64,000 nucleotides of DNA from an uncultured Candidatus Rokubacteria bacterium (GTDB taxonomy: Bacteria; Methylomirabilota; Methylomirabilia; Rokubacteriales; CSP1-6): NCBI GenBank assembly GCA_963758635.1, contig CAVWWD010000002.1, forward strand, positions 82,724 through 146,723. Direction: 5' to 3'. Of this stretch, positions 54,715 to 64,000 are shown piece after piece. Position 1 is the first letter of the stretch, and every line of letters begins with the position of its first letter. The notes under the pieces are model-generated. The model worked only from the letters and a program-made list of their open reading frames with translations. It was not told the DNA's origin and did no database searches. The position numbers and the translations under genes are program-made.

Positions 54715-55815
54715 ATGCCCTCGACGGCACCGGGAGCTTCGGAAAGAGTCGTCTTCCTCGATGGGCTCCGGGGGGTGGCGATCATCCTCATGGTCGTCAA
54801 CCACACCGCACGCTGGTGGATGGACCGCTCCATGGGGTGGCCGCGCTCCCATCTGGTCTACCTCACCGTGCCCTTGGCGGCGCCGCTGTTCCCGTTCCTG
54901 GCCGGCTTCAGCCTGCCGCTGGCCTTCCTCGCCGCGACGCGGGATCGCGGTGAGTCCTTCACGATGGTGGCGGGGCGGAACGTCCGGCGCGCCGTGCGGC
55001 TCATCCTCGGCGGCTGGCTGCTCACGCTGCTCGTGTTCCCCGAGGTGCCGCTGTTCCGCGGCGACGTGCTGCAGATGATCGGCGTGTCGCTCATCGGGCT
55101 GCTGCCGATCCTACCCCTGTTGCGGTGGCCACTCGCGCGCGTCTTGGCCGTGCTCGGCGCGATCGGCTGGTACGCCAGCTTTCACTGGGCCCACCCGAGC
55201 CTTCCCGGCTGGCTCGAGGGCCATCCGGTCATCTCCGAGGTGTGGTTCACGGGGTTCGCGCCCTGGCCGTGGTTCGCCTTCCCACTGCTCGGCGCGGCGC
55301 TCGGGTGGATCTGGGCGGAGCGCCATCGGAGGGGAGCCGACGTCCGTATCTACTTTGGCGGAATGCTCGCCGCCGGGCTGGCCTGCCTGGGCGCCTTCCT
55401 CCCGCTGGAGCTCTGGCTGGGGAACGCACCGTGGCACTTCTCGAACTCACGGGACATCGCAATCAACAAGTACTTGAACCCCGGCGCGGTCACCTGCCTG
55501 TTCATCCTCGGCTATATCTTCAGTGTGCTGCCGCTCGCCCACTCCATGATGGAGGTGCGGCGCTGTCGCCCTGGCTGGCTCCTCGCGCTCGGCCGGCACT
55601 CCCTGATGCTCTATTTCGTTCACCATGTCATCGCACTCACCCTGCTGCACCAGCGCCTGGGGCTGCTGATCCACTCCTGGTGGCTGTTCGCGCTTGCCAA
55701 CGTTGCGCTGGTCGCGCTGCTCGTCGGGCTTGCCCAGCTCTGGCCGGCCGTCAAGCAGCGAGTGCGCGCCTGGTGGACCGGACTGCGGCGCCCCGCCCCC
55801 GCAGTTCGGCCGTGA
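54715..55815 (+). CDS. DUF1624/HGSNAT-like membrane acyltransferase
   Basis: FLDGLRGVAIILMVVNH, DVLQMIG, LGRHSLMLYFVHH; multi-TM. Confidence 0.85.
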   Translation: MPSTAPGASERVVFLDGLRGVAIILMVVNHTARWWMDRSMGWPRSHLVYLTVPLAAPLFPFLAGFSLPLAFLAATRDRGESFTMVAGRNVRRAVRLILGGWLLTLLVFPEVPLFRGDVLQMIGVSLIGLLPILPLLRWPLARVLAVLGAIGWYASFHWAHPSLPGWLEGHPVISEVWFTGFAPWPWFAFPLLGAALGWIWAERHRRGADVRIYFGGMLAAGLACLGAFLPLELWLGNAPWHFSNSRDIAINKYLNPGAVTCLFILGYIFSVLPLAHSMMEVRRCRPGWLLALGRHSLMLYFVHHVIALTLLHQRLGLLIHSWWLFALANVALVALLVGLAQLWPAVKQRVRAWWTGLRRPAPAVRP

Positions 55816-55885
55816 GGGTACCGAGGGTGCGCGCAAGCTCTCTGGGGACGAAGGTCCCGCCGGTGATCAGCAGTGGATGTATCAG

Positions 55886-55992
55886 GCTCCGCGAGCTGAT
55901 CAGCCGGCGCGTGCCGCTTGGCGAGGTGAACCAGGCCTACGAGGTCTTGCTCCAGGGCGAGGTAAAGCGGAGCGTGGTCGTCTTCGACTAGC
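55886..55992 (+). repeat. 107-bp direct repeat copy 2 (orphan ADH 3' end)
   Basis: Encodes LRELISRRVPLGEVNQAYEVLLQGEVKRSVVVFD*. Confidence 0.95.
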
Positions 55993-56054
55993 TTGGCTCT
56001 ACCAGCCTCGGCGCTCGTGCGGTGATGCCTGCAAACGTCCGTTTTCGGTGGCCC

Positions 56055-56345
56055 TCATGCCGGAACCGGCACGCGCTTCACCTTGATGGTCGTGGCCCTC
56101 TTCTCCGCCTGCGCCAGGTCGTACTGCATCTGCATCCCAAGCCAGACCTCGGGACTGCCGCCGAAGGCTTTGGACAGCCGGATCGCCATCTCCGGGCTGA
56201 CGCCGTTCTTGCCGTTCACCAGGTTGCTGAGGGTCAAGCGCGACACGCCAAGCACATCCGCCGCCTTGGTGATGCTGAGGCCCAGAGGCTTCAGGCAGTC
56301 CTCACGCACGTGCTCGCCGGGATGAGGCGGATTCTTCATCGCCAT
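56055..56345 (-). CDS. higA: HigA-family antitoxin
   Basis: [33 protein letters not shown]. Confidence 0.93.
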   Translation of the reverse strand: MAMKNPPHPGEHVREDCLKPLGLSITKAADVLGVSRLTLSNLVNGKNGVSPEMAIRLSKAFGGSPEVWLGMQMQYDLAQAEKRATTIKVKRVPVPA

Positions 56346-56362
56346 TGGTCGTTTCTCCTTCC

Positions 56363-56440
56363 CTAGTGGTAGTCGATCAAATCAACGTCGGCAGCGTCCT
56401 CGCCTTGAAAGCGGAAGATCACACGCCAGTTGGCTCTTAC
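56363..56440 (-). pseudogene. higB: HigB toxin C-terminal remnant
   Basis: [25 protein letters not shown]; the rest is replaced by the TRAP operon. Confidence 0.85.
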
Positions 56441-56453
56441 GGGCAGAGCGGGG

Positions 56454-57773
56454 TCACTTCCCCATCACGAGATCCGGCAGCCAGAGGGCGATCCCGGGGA
56501 AGAACAGCAGGAGCGTGATGCAGATCGCCATTCCCACCATGAACGGGAGCACCCCGATCCAGAGGTCGATCATCGTCCCGACCTGGAGGCCGGCTTCTTC
56601 GGACACCGATTTGCGAATCCCCTGGATGATGTAGAGGTTGAGGCCTTCGGGCGGACTGACGAGGGCCGCCTCCAGGAGGATCACCATGATGATGCCGAAC
56701 CACACGAGGTCGACGTTCATCGACTTCAGGACCGGCACCAGGATCGGCATGGTCGTCACCATCATCGAGAGGGCCTCCATGAAGGTGCCGAGGATCAGGT
56801 AGAAGACGACGAGGACGAGCACGAAGGTGACCGGAGTCAGATTCCATCCCGACACGAGCTGGGTGAGCTGGGCGGGGACCCCGAGAATCGCCAGCGCGAA
56901 GCTCATGATGAACGCCGCCGTCACGATGAGCATGATCATGGAGGACGCCTGGACCGTGGTCACCATGACCTTCTTCAGCATCGGGATGCTGACCTCGCGG
57001 GCGAGGGCGGCGAGGAACAGGCTCGCGACGACCCCGAAGGCGGCCGCTTCCGTGGGGGTGGCGATCCCCAGATAGATCGTGCCCAGCACGATGAACATGA
57101 GGGCGAGGACGGGCAAGAGCGACAGAAGCCCCAGGAAGCGCACCCGCCACGACGGGGCCACCTCGCGCGGGGCCACCGACGGCCAGATCTTCGCGGCTAC
57201 CGCGATGATGAGCATGAAGATCCCGGCAAGCAGGAACCCGGGGACGAAGCCCGCCAGGTACAGCCGGCCGATGGATTCCTCGGCCAGCACGCCGTAGATG
57301 ATCATCGAGATGCTGGGCGGGATGAGGATGTCCAGAGTGCCGCCCGCGGCCAGGCTCCCGATCACGAGGCGCTCGTTGTAGTTCCGCTTTCTGAAGGCGG
57401 GCAGGGCCACCGCGCCGACGGTCGCCGCGCACGCCGCGCTCGAGCCGGAGATCGCCCCGAAGACCGCGCAGAAGGCGATGTTCGAGTGCAGGATTCCCCC
57501 CGGCAACGGCGCCAGCCAGTGGGAGAGGACCTTGTAGAGCCGCTCCGACAGACGACTGTAGATCAGGATCTCCCCCATCATCACGAACAGCGGGATCGCG
57601 ACCAGGATCGAGCTGCTGTTCACGTTCCACGCGATCTGCCCCAGCATGTCCCACAGCGGGCGATCGGAGAACAGGTACATGAGCGCCATGCCGATGAGAC
57701 CGAGCGCGCTGGCCACGTGCAGCCCGACCAGGAACAGCAAGATCATGAGCACCGAGGCGACGGCGAGAATCAT
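56454..57773 (-). CDS. dctM: TRAP transporter large permease
   Basis: AIPLF, FGAISGSS, ILIPPS, ATPTEAA, PPEGLNL. Confidence 0.95.
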   Translation of the reverse strand: MILAVASVLMILLFLVGLHVASALGLIGMALMYLFSDRPLWDMLGQIAWNVNSSSILVAIPLFVMMGEILIYSRLSERLYKVLSHWLAPLPGGILHSNIAFCAVFGAISGSSAACAATVGAVALPAFRKRNYNERLVIGSLAAGGTLDILIPPSISMIIYGVLAEESIGRLYLAGFVPGFLLAGIFMLIIAVAAKIWPSVAPREVAPSWRVRFLGLLSLLPVLALMFIVLGTIYLGIATPTEAAAFGVVASLFLAALAREVSIPMLKKVMVTTVQASSMIMLIVTAAFIMSFALAILGVPAQLTQLVSGWNLTPVTFVLVLVVFYLILGTFMEALSMMVTTMPILVPVLKSMNVDLVWFGIIMVILLEAALVSPPEGLNLYIIQGIRKSVSEEAGLQVGTMIDLWIGVLPFMVGMAICITLLLFFPGIALWLPDLVMGK

Positions 57774-57789
57774 GGGGCGCGCGCCGCGC

Positions 57790-58347
57790 TCAGGCCTGCG
57801 GCCCGACGCTGGATTCCGTGGACTGCCAGCCCGCGAGGATCGCGATCGCGGTGAACACCGCGGCCAGCGCGAGGAGACTGAACCCCACGCCCAGGATCCC
57901 CTGCGGGATGTAGAGCGGGGTCAGGAGATAGGTGGACGAGCGCATGTCGTTTTCCAGGGAGTCGGCGACGAGGGACCAGATCTTCCACGCGATGGTCGCG
58001 GCGAAGACGGCCATCAGGAGCTGCGCCACGACGTCGGCGGCGATCCGCAGCCGACGCGCCATGTAGGGAAACATCACGTCGACGCGCACGTGGCCGCCGG
58101 TCCGGAGGGCGAAGGCGAACCCCCAGGTGGCGGCCACCGCGAGGATGTATCCGCTGATCTCATCGGTGACCCGCGTCGTCGGCAGGCCGATGGCGCCGCC
58201 CCACTTCCGCGCCAGCACGTCGTACGTCACGAAGAACGAGAGCAGGATGTAGAGCGCTCCCGCGAGGTACCCGGGCCACATGAAGACGTGGTCGACCGCG
58301 CGCGCCCACGCCGGCGCGCGCGGCCCCGACGGGCGAGCATCGCTCAT
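57790..58347 (-). CDS. dctQ: TRAP transporter small permease
   Basis: Four TMs, EISGY, GGHVRVD. Confidence 0.92.
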   Translation of the reverse strand: MSDARPSGPRAPAWARAVDHVFMWPGYLAGALYILLSFFVTYDVLARKWGGAIGLPTTRVTDEISGYILAVAATWGFAFALRTGGHVRVDVMFPYMARRLRIAADVVAQLLMAVFAATIAWKIWSLVADSLENDMRSSTYLLTPLYIPQGILGVGFSLLALAAVFTAIAILAGWQSTESSVGPQA

Positions 58348-58356
58348 CGGAGCGGC

Positions 58357-59412
58357 CTACGGCTTGACGGTGAAGCCGACGAGCGGCGCGACCACCTCGT
58401 TGAAGAGGCGCGCCGCCTCGGCGCCGCCCGCTCGCTTCACCCAGTCCGGAACCACCTTCGACCGGAGCACTTCCTTGATCGCGGCCTGCGTCTCCGGAGA
58501 GAACGGGATGTGCTCCATGCCCTTCTCGACACTCCGGTCGATCCCCTCCTTGTTCCACGTCTCGATCGCCTCGAAGGCCTTGCCCTCGACGATCTTCTCC
58601 GCCTCGTCCTTCAAGACCTGTTGGAGGTCGGGCGGCAGCCGTTTCCAGCTGTTCTTGTTGATGGCGAGGGAGACGTGCGGTCGCATGGAGATGGGACCCA
58701 CCAGGTACTTCGAGACCTCGTACCAGCGCAGGCCGAACCCGGGCTTGGTCCCGGTGATCCCCGCGTCGAGCGTGCCGCGCTCCAGGGCGGTATAGGCCTC
58801 CGCGAACGGGATGGTGAGGGGCTCGCCGCCCAGCCCGGCGACGAGCGAGGCGAGGGCGACGCTGTGCACGCGCGTCTTGAGCCCCTTGAAGTCGGCGGGC
58901 TTGCGGATGGCCCGCTTGCTGAAGAATGCCTGGTCGGGATACACCGCCATCGCCAGCACCACCGCGTTGGCCTTCTGGTCGAGGATCTTCGTCTCGTGTG
59001 GCTTCCAGGCCATGATCGCCTTCCTGGCCGTCTGCCCGTCGGGGAAGATCCCGGGCAGCTCGACGATCTCGACCATGGGAAGCTCACCGGCCACATAGCC
59101 GCCGTACACCTCGGCGACGTCCACCACACCCGTCTTCAGGATCCGAATCGTCTCGGCGCCGCCGAGGCTCAGCTCGGGGAGCGACGTCAGCTCGAACTGC
59201 ACCCGCCCGTTGGTCCGCTTCTCCACCGCCTGCGCCCACTCCTGGAAGAGCTTCCAGGGGTCGAGCGTCCGGTTGATGCCCATCAGCTTGAGCTTGAATT
59301 CCGCCTTGGGCGCCTGCGCGACCACGGTTGCAGGCATCCACACACCGGCCACCACGACGAGAAGCCCCAGAACGCCGAGCAGGAACGCGATCCTTCGCAT
59401 GGACATGCCCAT
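58357..59412 (-). CDS. dctP: TRAP substrate-binding protein
   Basis: Signal peptide, DFKGLKTR, EAYTALERGTLD, W..LPPDLQ. Confidence 0.92.
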   Translation of the reverse strand: MGMSMRRIAFLLGVLGLLVVVAGVWMPATVVAQAPKAEFKLKLMGINRTLDPWKLFQEWAQAVEKRTNGRVQFELTSLPELSLGGAETIRILKTGVVDVAEVYGGYVAGELPMVEIVELPGIFPDGQTARKAIMAWKPHETKILDQKANAVVLAMAVYPDQAFFSKRAIRKPADFKGLKTRVHSVALASLVAGLGGEPLTIPFAEAYTALERGTLDAGITGTKPGFGLRWYEVSKYLVGPISMRPHVSLAINKNSWKRLPPDLQQVLKDEAEKIVEGKAFEAIETWNKEGIDRSVEKGMEHIPFSPETQAAIKEVLRSKVVPDWVKRAGGAEAARLFNEVVAPLVGFTVKP

Positions 59413-59542
59413 AGGACGAGTCCTCCGTCTGGTCGGTCGGCTCACTCCACCCGCCGGGGTTGCGGCGGTCCAGGTACTCTAGGCGAGGGCCTCCCCCTCG
59501 GCAAGACCGATCGGAGCGTCAGGCCCATCAGCGTCGCGTCAT

Positions 59543-59662
59543 CCAGTCCGTCGGGCCGCCCTGATCGAGGACCTCGTGCAGGCACATCATCTCGAAGTGA
59601 TGCAGGTACATGCGGTGCCACGGCAGGAAGAACCAGTTGCGGTGCTCGCAGGTGGACCAGAA
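59543..59662 (-). pseudogene. Tyrosinase (CuA-site) fragment
   Basis: FWSTCEHRNWFFLPWHRMYLHHFE..GGPTDW; FLPWHR hallmark; no start or CuB region. Confidence 0.8.
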
Positions 59663-59664
59663 GC

Positions 59665-60219
59665 AACGCGGCTCTGAAGAACAAGCGCCAGAATCCGAAC
59701 GTGCTGTTTCCAGGCGACCACCTGTTCATTCCCGATCGGGAGGAGCGCGAGGTCCCGCGCCCCACGGACCAGCGCCACCGCTTCGTCGTCCAGTGCCCGA
59801 TCCTCAAGCTCCGCATCGTGCTGGAGGACCAGTACGAGAGGCCGATCACCGCCGCCTCCTGCCTGCTGTCGGTGGACGGGGATTCCCGGCAGCTCACGAC
59901 CGATGGGACTGGCAAGCTCGAGCTGCAGATCCCGATGCTCGCCAAGCAGTCGGTCCTCATCATCCGGGACGCCACCCAGACGCCCCACCATGACGTGGAG
60001 ATCCCGATCAAGATCGGCCACCTGGACCCCGTGGAGGAGGTCACGGGCCAGCAGGCCCGGCTGAACGCGCTCGGCTACTTCCTCGACGACCTCGACGGCA
60101 AGACGGGACCGGATTTCCAGTCGGCCGTCGAGGAGTTCCAGTGCGAGCACGGTCTCAAGGCGGACGGCATCTGCGGCCCGATGACCCAGGCGAAGCTGAA
60201 GCAGGTGTACGGCTGCTAG
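59665..60219 (+). pseudogene. 5'-truncated LysM-like / PG-binding-1 protein
   Basis: NAALKNKRQNPNVLFPGD (second half of a LysM-like unit), TTDGTG, Q.RLNALGY..AVEEFQCEHGLKADGICGP.T; no start codon found. Confidence 0.7.
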
Positions 60220-60229
60220 GGCGGCCAGG

Positions 60230-63200
60230 TCAGCGCGCGGGTCGTCTTCCTCCATGTCTTCCTCCATGGTCGATGTCGAGGAAGTAGACCGCCCCGCCCA
60301 CATCGCCCGCGACGATCCGACCGTTCCGCGCCGCGATCGCGAAGAGCTGGCTGTCGAAGAAGAGGCGCTGCACGGGGTGTCCCGAGCTCAGGTCCCAGAG
60401 CACGAGGGTCCGGTCCCACGAGACGGTCACCGCGCGATCGTTCGAAGCAAAGGCGACGCCGGTCACGACCTGCGCGTGGCCTTCGAGGCGCAGCAGCCTC
60501 CGCCGGTCCTTCGCGCTCCAGACGATGGCGGTGTGGTCCTTCGACCCGCTGAGGATCCGCCGGCCGCCCGCGTCGCCATCGATCGCCAGCACGCCGCGCG
60601 TGTGCCCCCTGAACACCCCCCGGGGCTTCTCGAGGGATTTCTGGAGAGCGATCTCCGTCCGCCTGTCGGCGGCGAGGATCTGATCACGATGCTTCGCGAC
60701 GTTGCCCAGGTTCCAGGAGTAGAGCTTCCGGCTGCTCTCGTGCGCGCTGGTCGCCGTTTGTCCGTCGGGGCTCACGAAGAGCGACGTGATGCCATCGGAC
60801 TCGTCGTCGTCATCGTCCGCGGGATGCCGGAAGCCCTGCAAGAGGCGGCCGGTACCGCCATCCCACACGACGACCCACGACAAGTCAGACCCAGACAGCA
60901 CGAGCCTCCCGTCGGGTGACAGACCGACCGCGTGAATGCGGCCCCTTCTCGCGTCGAGGTTCAGCATCGAGGCGCCGGTGCGCGTGTTCCAGAGGATGAA
61001 GGTCCCGCCATGGTCACCGCTCACGGCGCGGGCGCCATCGGGGGCCAGCGCGACACGGTTGACGCGATTCGTATGGCCCTGGAGCACTCGCGCGCGCTTC
61101 CCGGTCGCGACGTTCCAGAGGATGACCGAGTGGTCGTCGGAGCTGGTGGCGGCGATCGATCCCCGGTCGTCGATGCTCGCCGAACGAACCCAGAGGGCAT
61201 GCCCGATGGGCCGCCGCGCTCGATGACCGGCGCCGAGGTCCCAGAGGATCGCGTTGGCATCCCAGCCGCCGCTCACGGCCCGCCGCCCATCGGACGTGAG
61301 CGCGACCGAGGTGACCTCCCGCGTATGGCCCGTGAGGGTGCGCAGGCAGCGGCCCGTGTGGACGTTCCAGACCTTGAGCGTCTTGTCCGAGGATCCGCTC
61401 AGCAGACGGGAGCCATCGCCGCTGAAGGCGACGGCGTTCACCGGGCCGGTGTGCCCGCGGAAGTGCCGGACGACGCGGCGCTCACCGAGGTCCCAGAGGA
61501 ACAGGCGGCCCTCCCGATCCGGCCCGAAGTAGTCGACGGCGTCATGCCCGCCGTATCCCGCGGCGATGGCGGCGGCCTGGCCGTCCGGCGTGAGGCTCAG
61601 CGCAGTGATGCCGCGCCTGATGTTGTCGGGGCTGGGGTCGATCTCGAAGTGGTGGAGGTGACGCTTCGCCTCGAGATCCCACACGGAGACGCCGCCGTCG
61701 ACGTCCCCCGTGACGGCTCGGCGACCGTCGAGGCTCACCGTCACGGCCGCGACGCCCCGTCCTGCCCCCTCGATGCGGGCCATCCTTCGCCCCGTGGCGG
61801 CGTCGCGTAGCAGGACCGCCCCGTCCGGAGACCCCGTGAGGATGACCGAGCCGCCGGGAAGCACGGCGATCGCCCCCGCGTGGCCGCCGTCCTTCCACAG
61901 CTGCTCTCCGGTCTCGAGATCCCAGCCGATGAGCGTCCCTTGGCCCGGCCGGGCGCCACGCTCCCAGCCGGCGCTGACCGCCCGGCAACCATCCGGAGAC
62001 ACGACGGCGGCACCGACGCGGGACGCCTGGTCCCCCAGGACGCGCACGATCTGGCCGGTCGCGACGTCCCACACGATGATCTGGTCTCCTCGAGGCGGTC
62101 ACCAGGCGCCGGCCGTCCCCGCTCATCCCGACAGCGATCACGGCGTCCTCGTGTCCGTGAAACACGCGCAGGAGACCCACGTCGTCGACAACCGTGGACG
62201 CGAGGAGGCGAACCATGGCCCGGCCGCCCCGCCGGCCCGCGTCGAGGAACTTTGCCGCCAGCTCGGGCAGACCCAGGAGCGCGGCGCGCTGGTGCAACTG
62301 CTGGAAGAAACCGGGCGCGAGCTGGGGCACGCTCCCGTCGTTGTCACCGGCAGGAGGCCGGAGGTGGTGCCGCTCGCGGTCCAGGAGGCGCTCGAGCAGG
62401 CGCAGATCGCGATCGGTCCCGGCCCAGGCGCGGGCGGCGCCGAGATCCTCGATCACCGAGTCGATCCCGCGCGACCTGTGCTCCGCCTCGAGGCGGGCGA
62501 GATCGCCGTACGCCTTCTTCAGCCTCAGCGCGGCAGCGCGGAGGAACGGACCTCGCGCGCGCTCCGGAATCAACCGGTGCACCACCGCGGCGACGAGCGG
62601 ATGGACGCGGATGGCGGATGCGGGCTCCCCTCCTCCGATCAAGGACAGCTGACGAAGGAGGCGCAAGGGCCGCGACAAGCGGAGGGCGGTCGCGGACTCG
62701 CCGTCCGCGAGGCCCGTCAGCACGCCGAGCCGGCGCGCCGGGATGACGCTGGCCTCGGGCAGGTGCGCCGCGACCTTCAGGAGGAGACGCGCCGCCGGGT
62801 CGCGCAGCGTGCCCCATTGGCTCCGCAGCGTGACGCCGACGGCGTCCTCATGCCGGGTCGCGAGATCGCTCGGATCGATCCTCGTGCTGTCGATGGCCGC
62901 GAGCTTGCCCGTGCGGAGGGTTCTCAGATAACGGGCGTACGACACCTGGGGAACTTTCTCAGGTGGCTCGCGATCAGCGCCAGAGCCAGCGGCAAGTAGC
63001 CGACGGCGTTCGCAATGTCGTGTGCGGCCTCCACCTCGGGGGGCGTGGGCGGAGGCCGGTGCCGCGTGAGCAGATCCAGCGCGGGCTCCGGCCGAAGGAT
63101 CTCGAGCACGTGCGCGGCAACACCGGTGAGCGTGAACGCCGTCCGCGTCGTGAACAGGACGTTGCAGCCGAGAGCGAGCGGGGGAACCGGCCGGTCACCA

Positions 63201-64000
63201 GCGACGGCGGAACGGCGACGTTGTCGATGATGAGCAGCATCTGCGGATGCGCGCGCGCATGGGCGGCGAGGGCCAGGAGATAGCGTCCGTTCGCGTCGGC
63301 TCCGTGCGGATCGTCGATGGCGAGGCGAAGGCGATCGCGCGCCAGCCGCACGAGCTCGGCGAGAAGCTCCGCCAGGCTCTGACCCTGTACCCAGTAGACG
63401 CCGTCGAAGGCGGCTCCGAAGCGGTGCGCGAACTCGATGGCGAGCGCGGTCTTGCCGACGCCGCCCATCCCGACGACGCCGAGGTGACTGACGGCCACCT
63501 TGTTCAGCTGGCCGATCAGCCCAAGGTAGATGGAGAGGAGGTCGTCCTTGCGGCCGATGAAGTCGTCGTCCGGCGCGAAGGGCACGTACCCCCGCACCGG
63601 AGTGCGAAAGTCATACCTCCAGGACAAGGCCGTGCGCCGCGCGACGTGCCTCGCCACCTTGCCGCGGCCGGCGCGCGTGGCCACGAACGTCACGCCTTGC
63701 ATGTTCTGGATCTCAGCGGCAGCGCGGGCGCCCCGGGACACAGGCAGGGCACGATCAGCTTCTCGAGCGCGCGCGCGGTGAGCCATTCGTTCCGCACCCA
63801 GCGGGAGGCCGCCGACTCCTTGCTCCAGAGCAGACAGAGGAGATCGGCCTCGGCGAGCGCCTGGGCGATCTCGGCGGACCAGTCGTTCTCGAGCCGGCGC
63901 TCGTCGCGCAACACGTCGAGGCCCGCGGATCCGAGCGCTCGCTCCAGGGCGACGGCCGCCGAGCGGTTTCGAGAGGAATAGCTGATGAAGACGCGGGGCA
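60230..64000 (-). CDS. TIR-NB-ARC-WD40 (STAND/NLR-like) protein, several frameshifts, start at the window edge
   Basis: PRVFISYS..SRWVRNEW (TIR), FIGR, GMGGVGKT, LLIIDNV, GYLPLAL, VHPLV, then more than ten GH...WD repeats. Confidence 0.88.

Noticed and set aside
60230..62200. WD40 region as a DGR target or hypervariable tandem array
   Set aside because: Repeats are divergent at the DNA level; no reverse transcriptase or template repeat seen

Overview
GC-rich bacterial chromosomal window with no rRNA, tRNA, CRISPR array, integrase or transposase that I could recognise. The gene repertoire (cyclase-AAA-TPR, BTAD-AAA, TRAP/ABC, standalone A-PCP) is suggestive of Rokubacteria-like soil lineages, but that is inference. 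Many genes carry single-base frameshifts, often in homopolymers, which looks like long-read error. (1) 1-10.3 kb: stress-type island (ftsH, OmpA/Pal-like, ppx-ppk1, desaturase, GlsB and several small hypothetical proteins). Six intergenic copies of a palindrome TGGAC-N4-GTCCA each sit 24-25 nt from a TAGnnT-type -10 box, defining a putative DosR-like activator regulon; this is the strongest novel signal. (2) A ~1290-aa RelE-like/UvrD helicase/TPR-like/HTH fusion and a TIR-NB-ARC-WD40 protein, both candidate defence sensors-effectors. (3) Two paralogous standalone adenylation-PCP didomains lacking the amino-acid-binding Asp. (4) Catabolic and transport genes: pobA, amidase, lactonase, amidohydrolase, peptide ABC, GH15, aldolase, AOR, CoA transferase, ADH, TRAP. 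(5) Many gene scars at gene junctions: Phd, HigB, tyrosinase, amidohydrolase, receiver and cyclase-TPR fragments, and a 107-bp duplication of the ADH 3' end.
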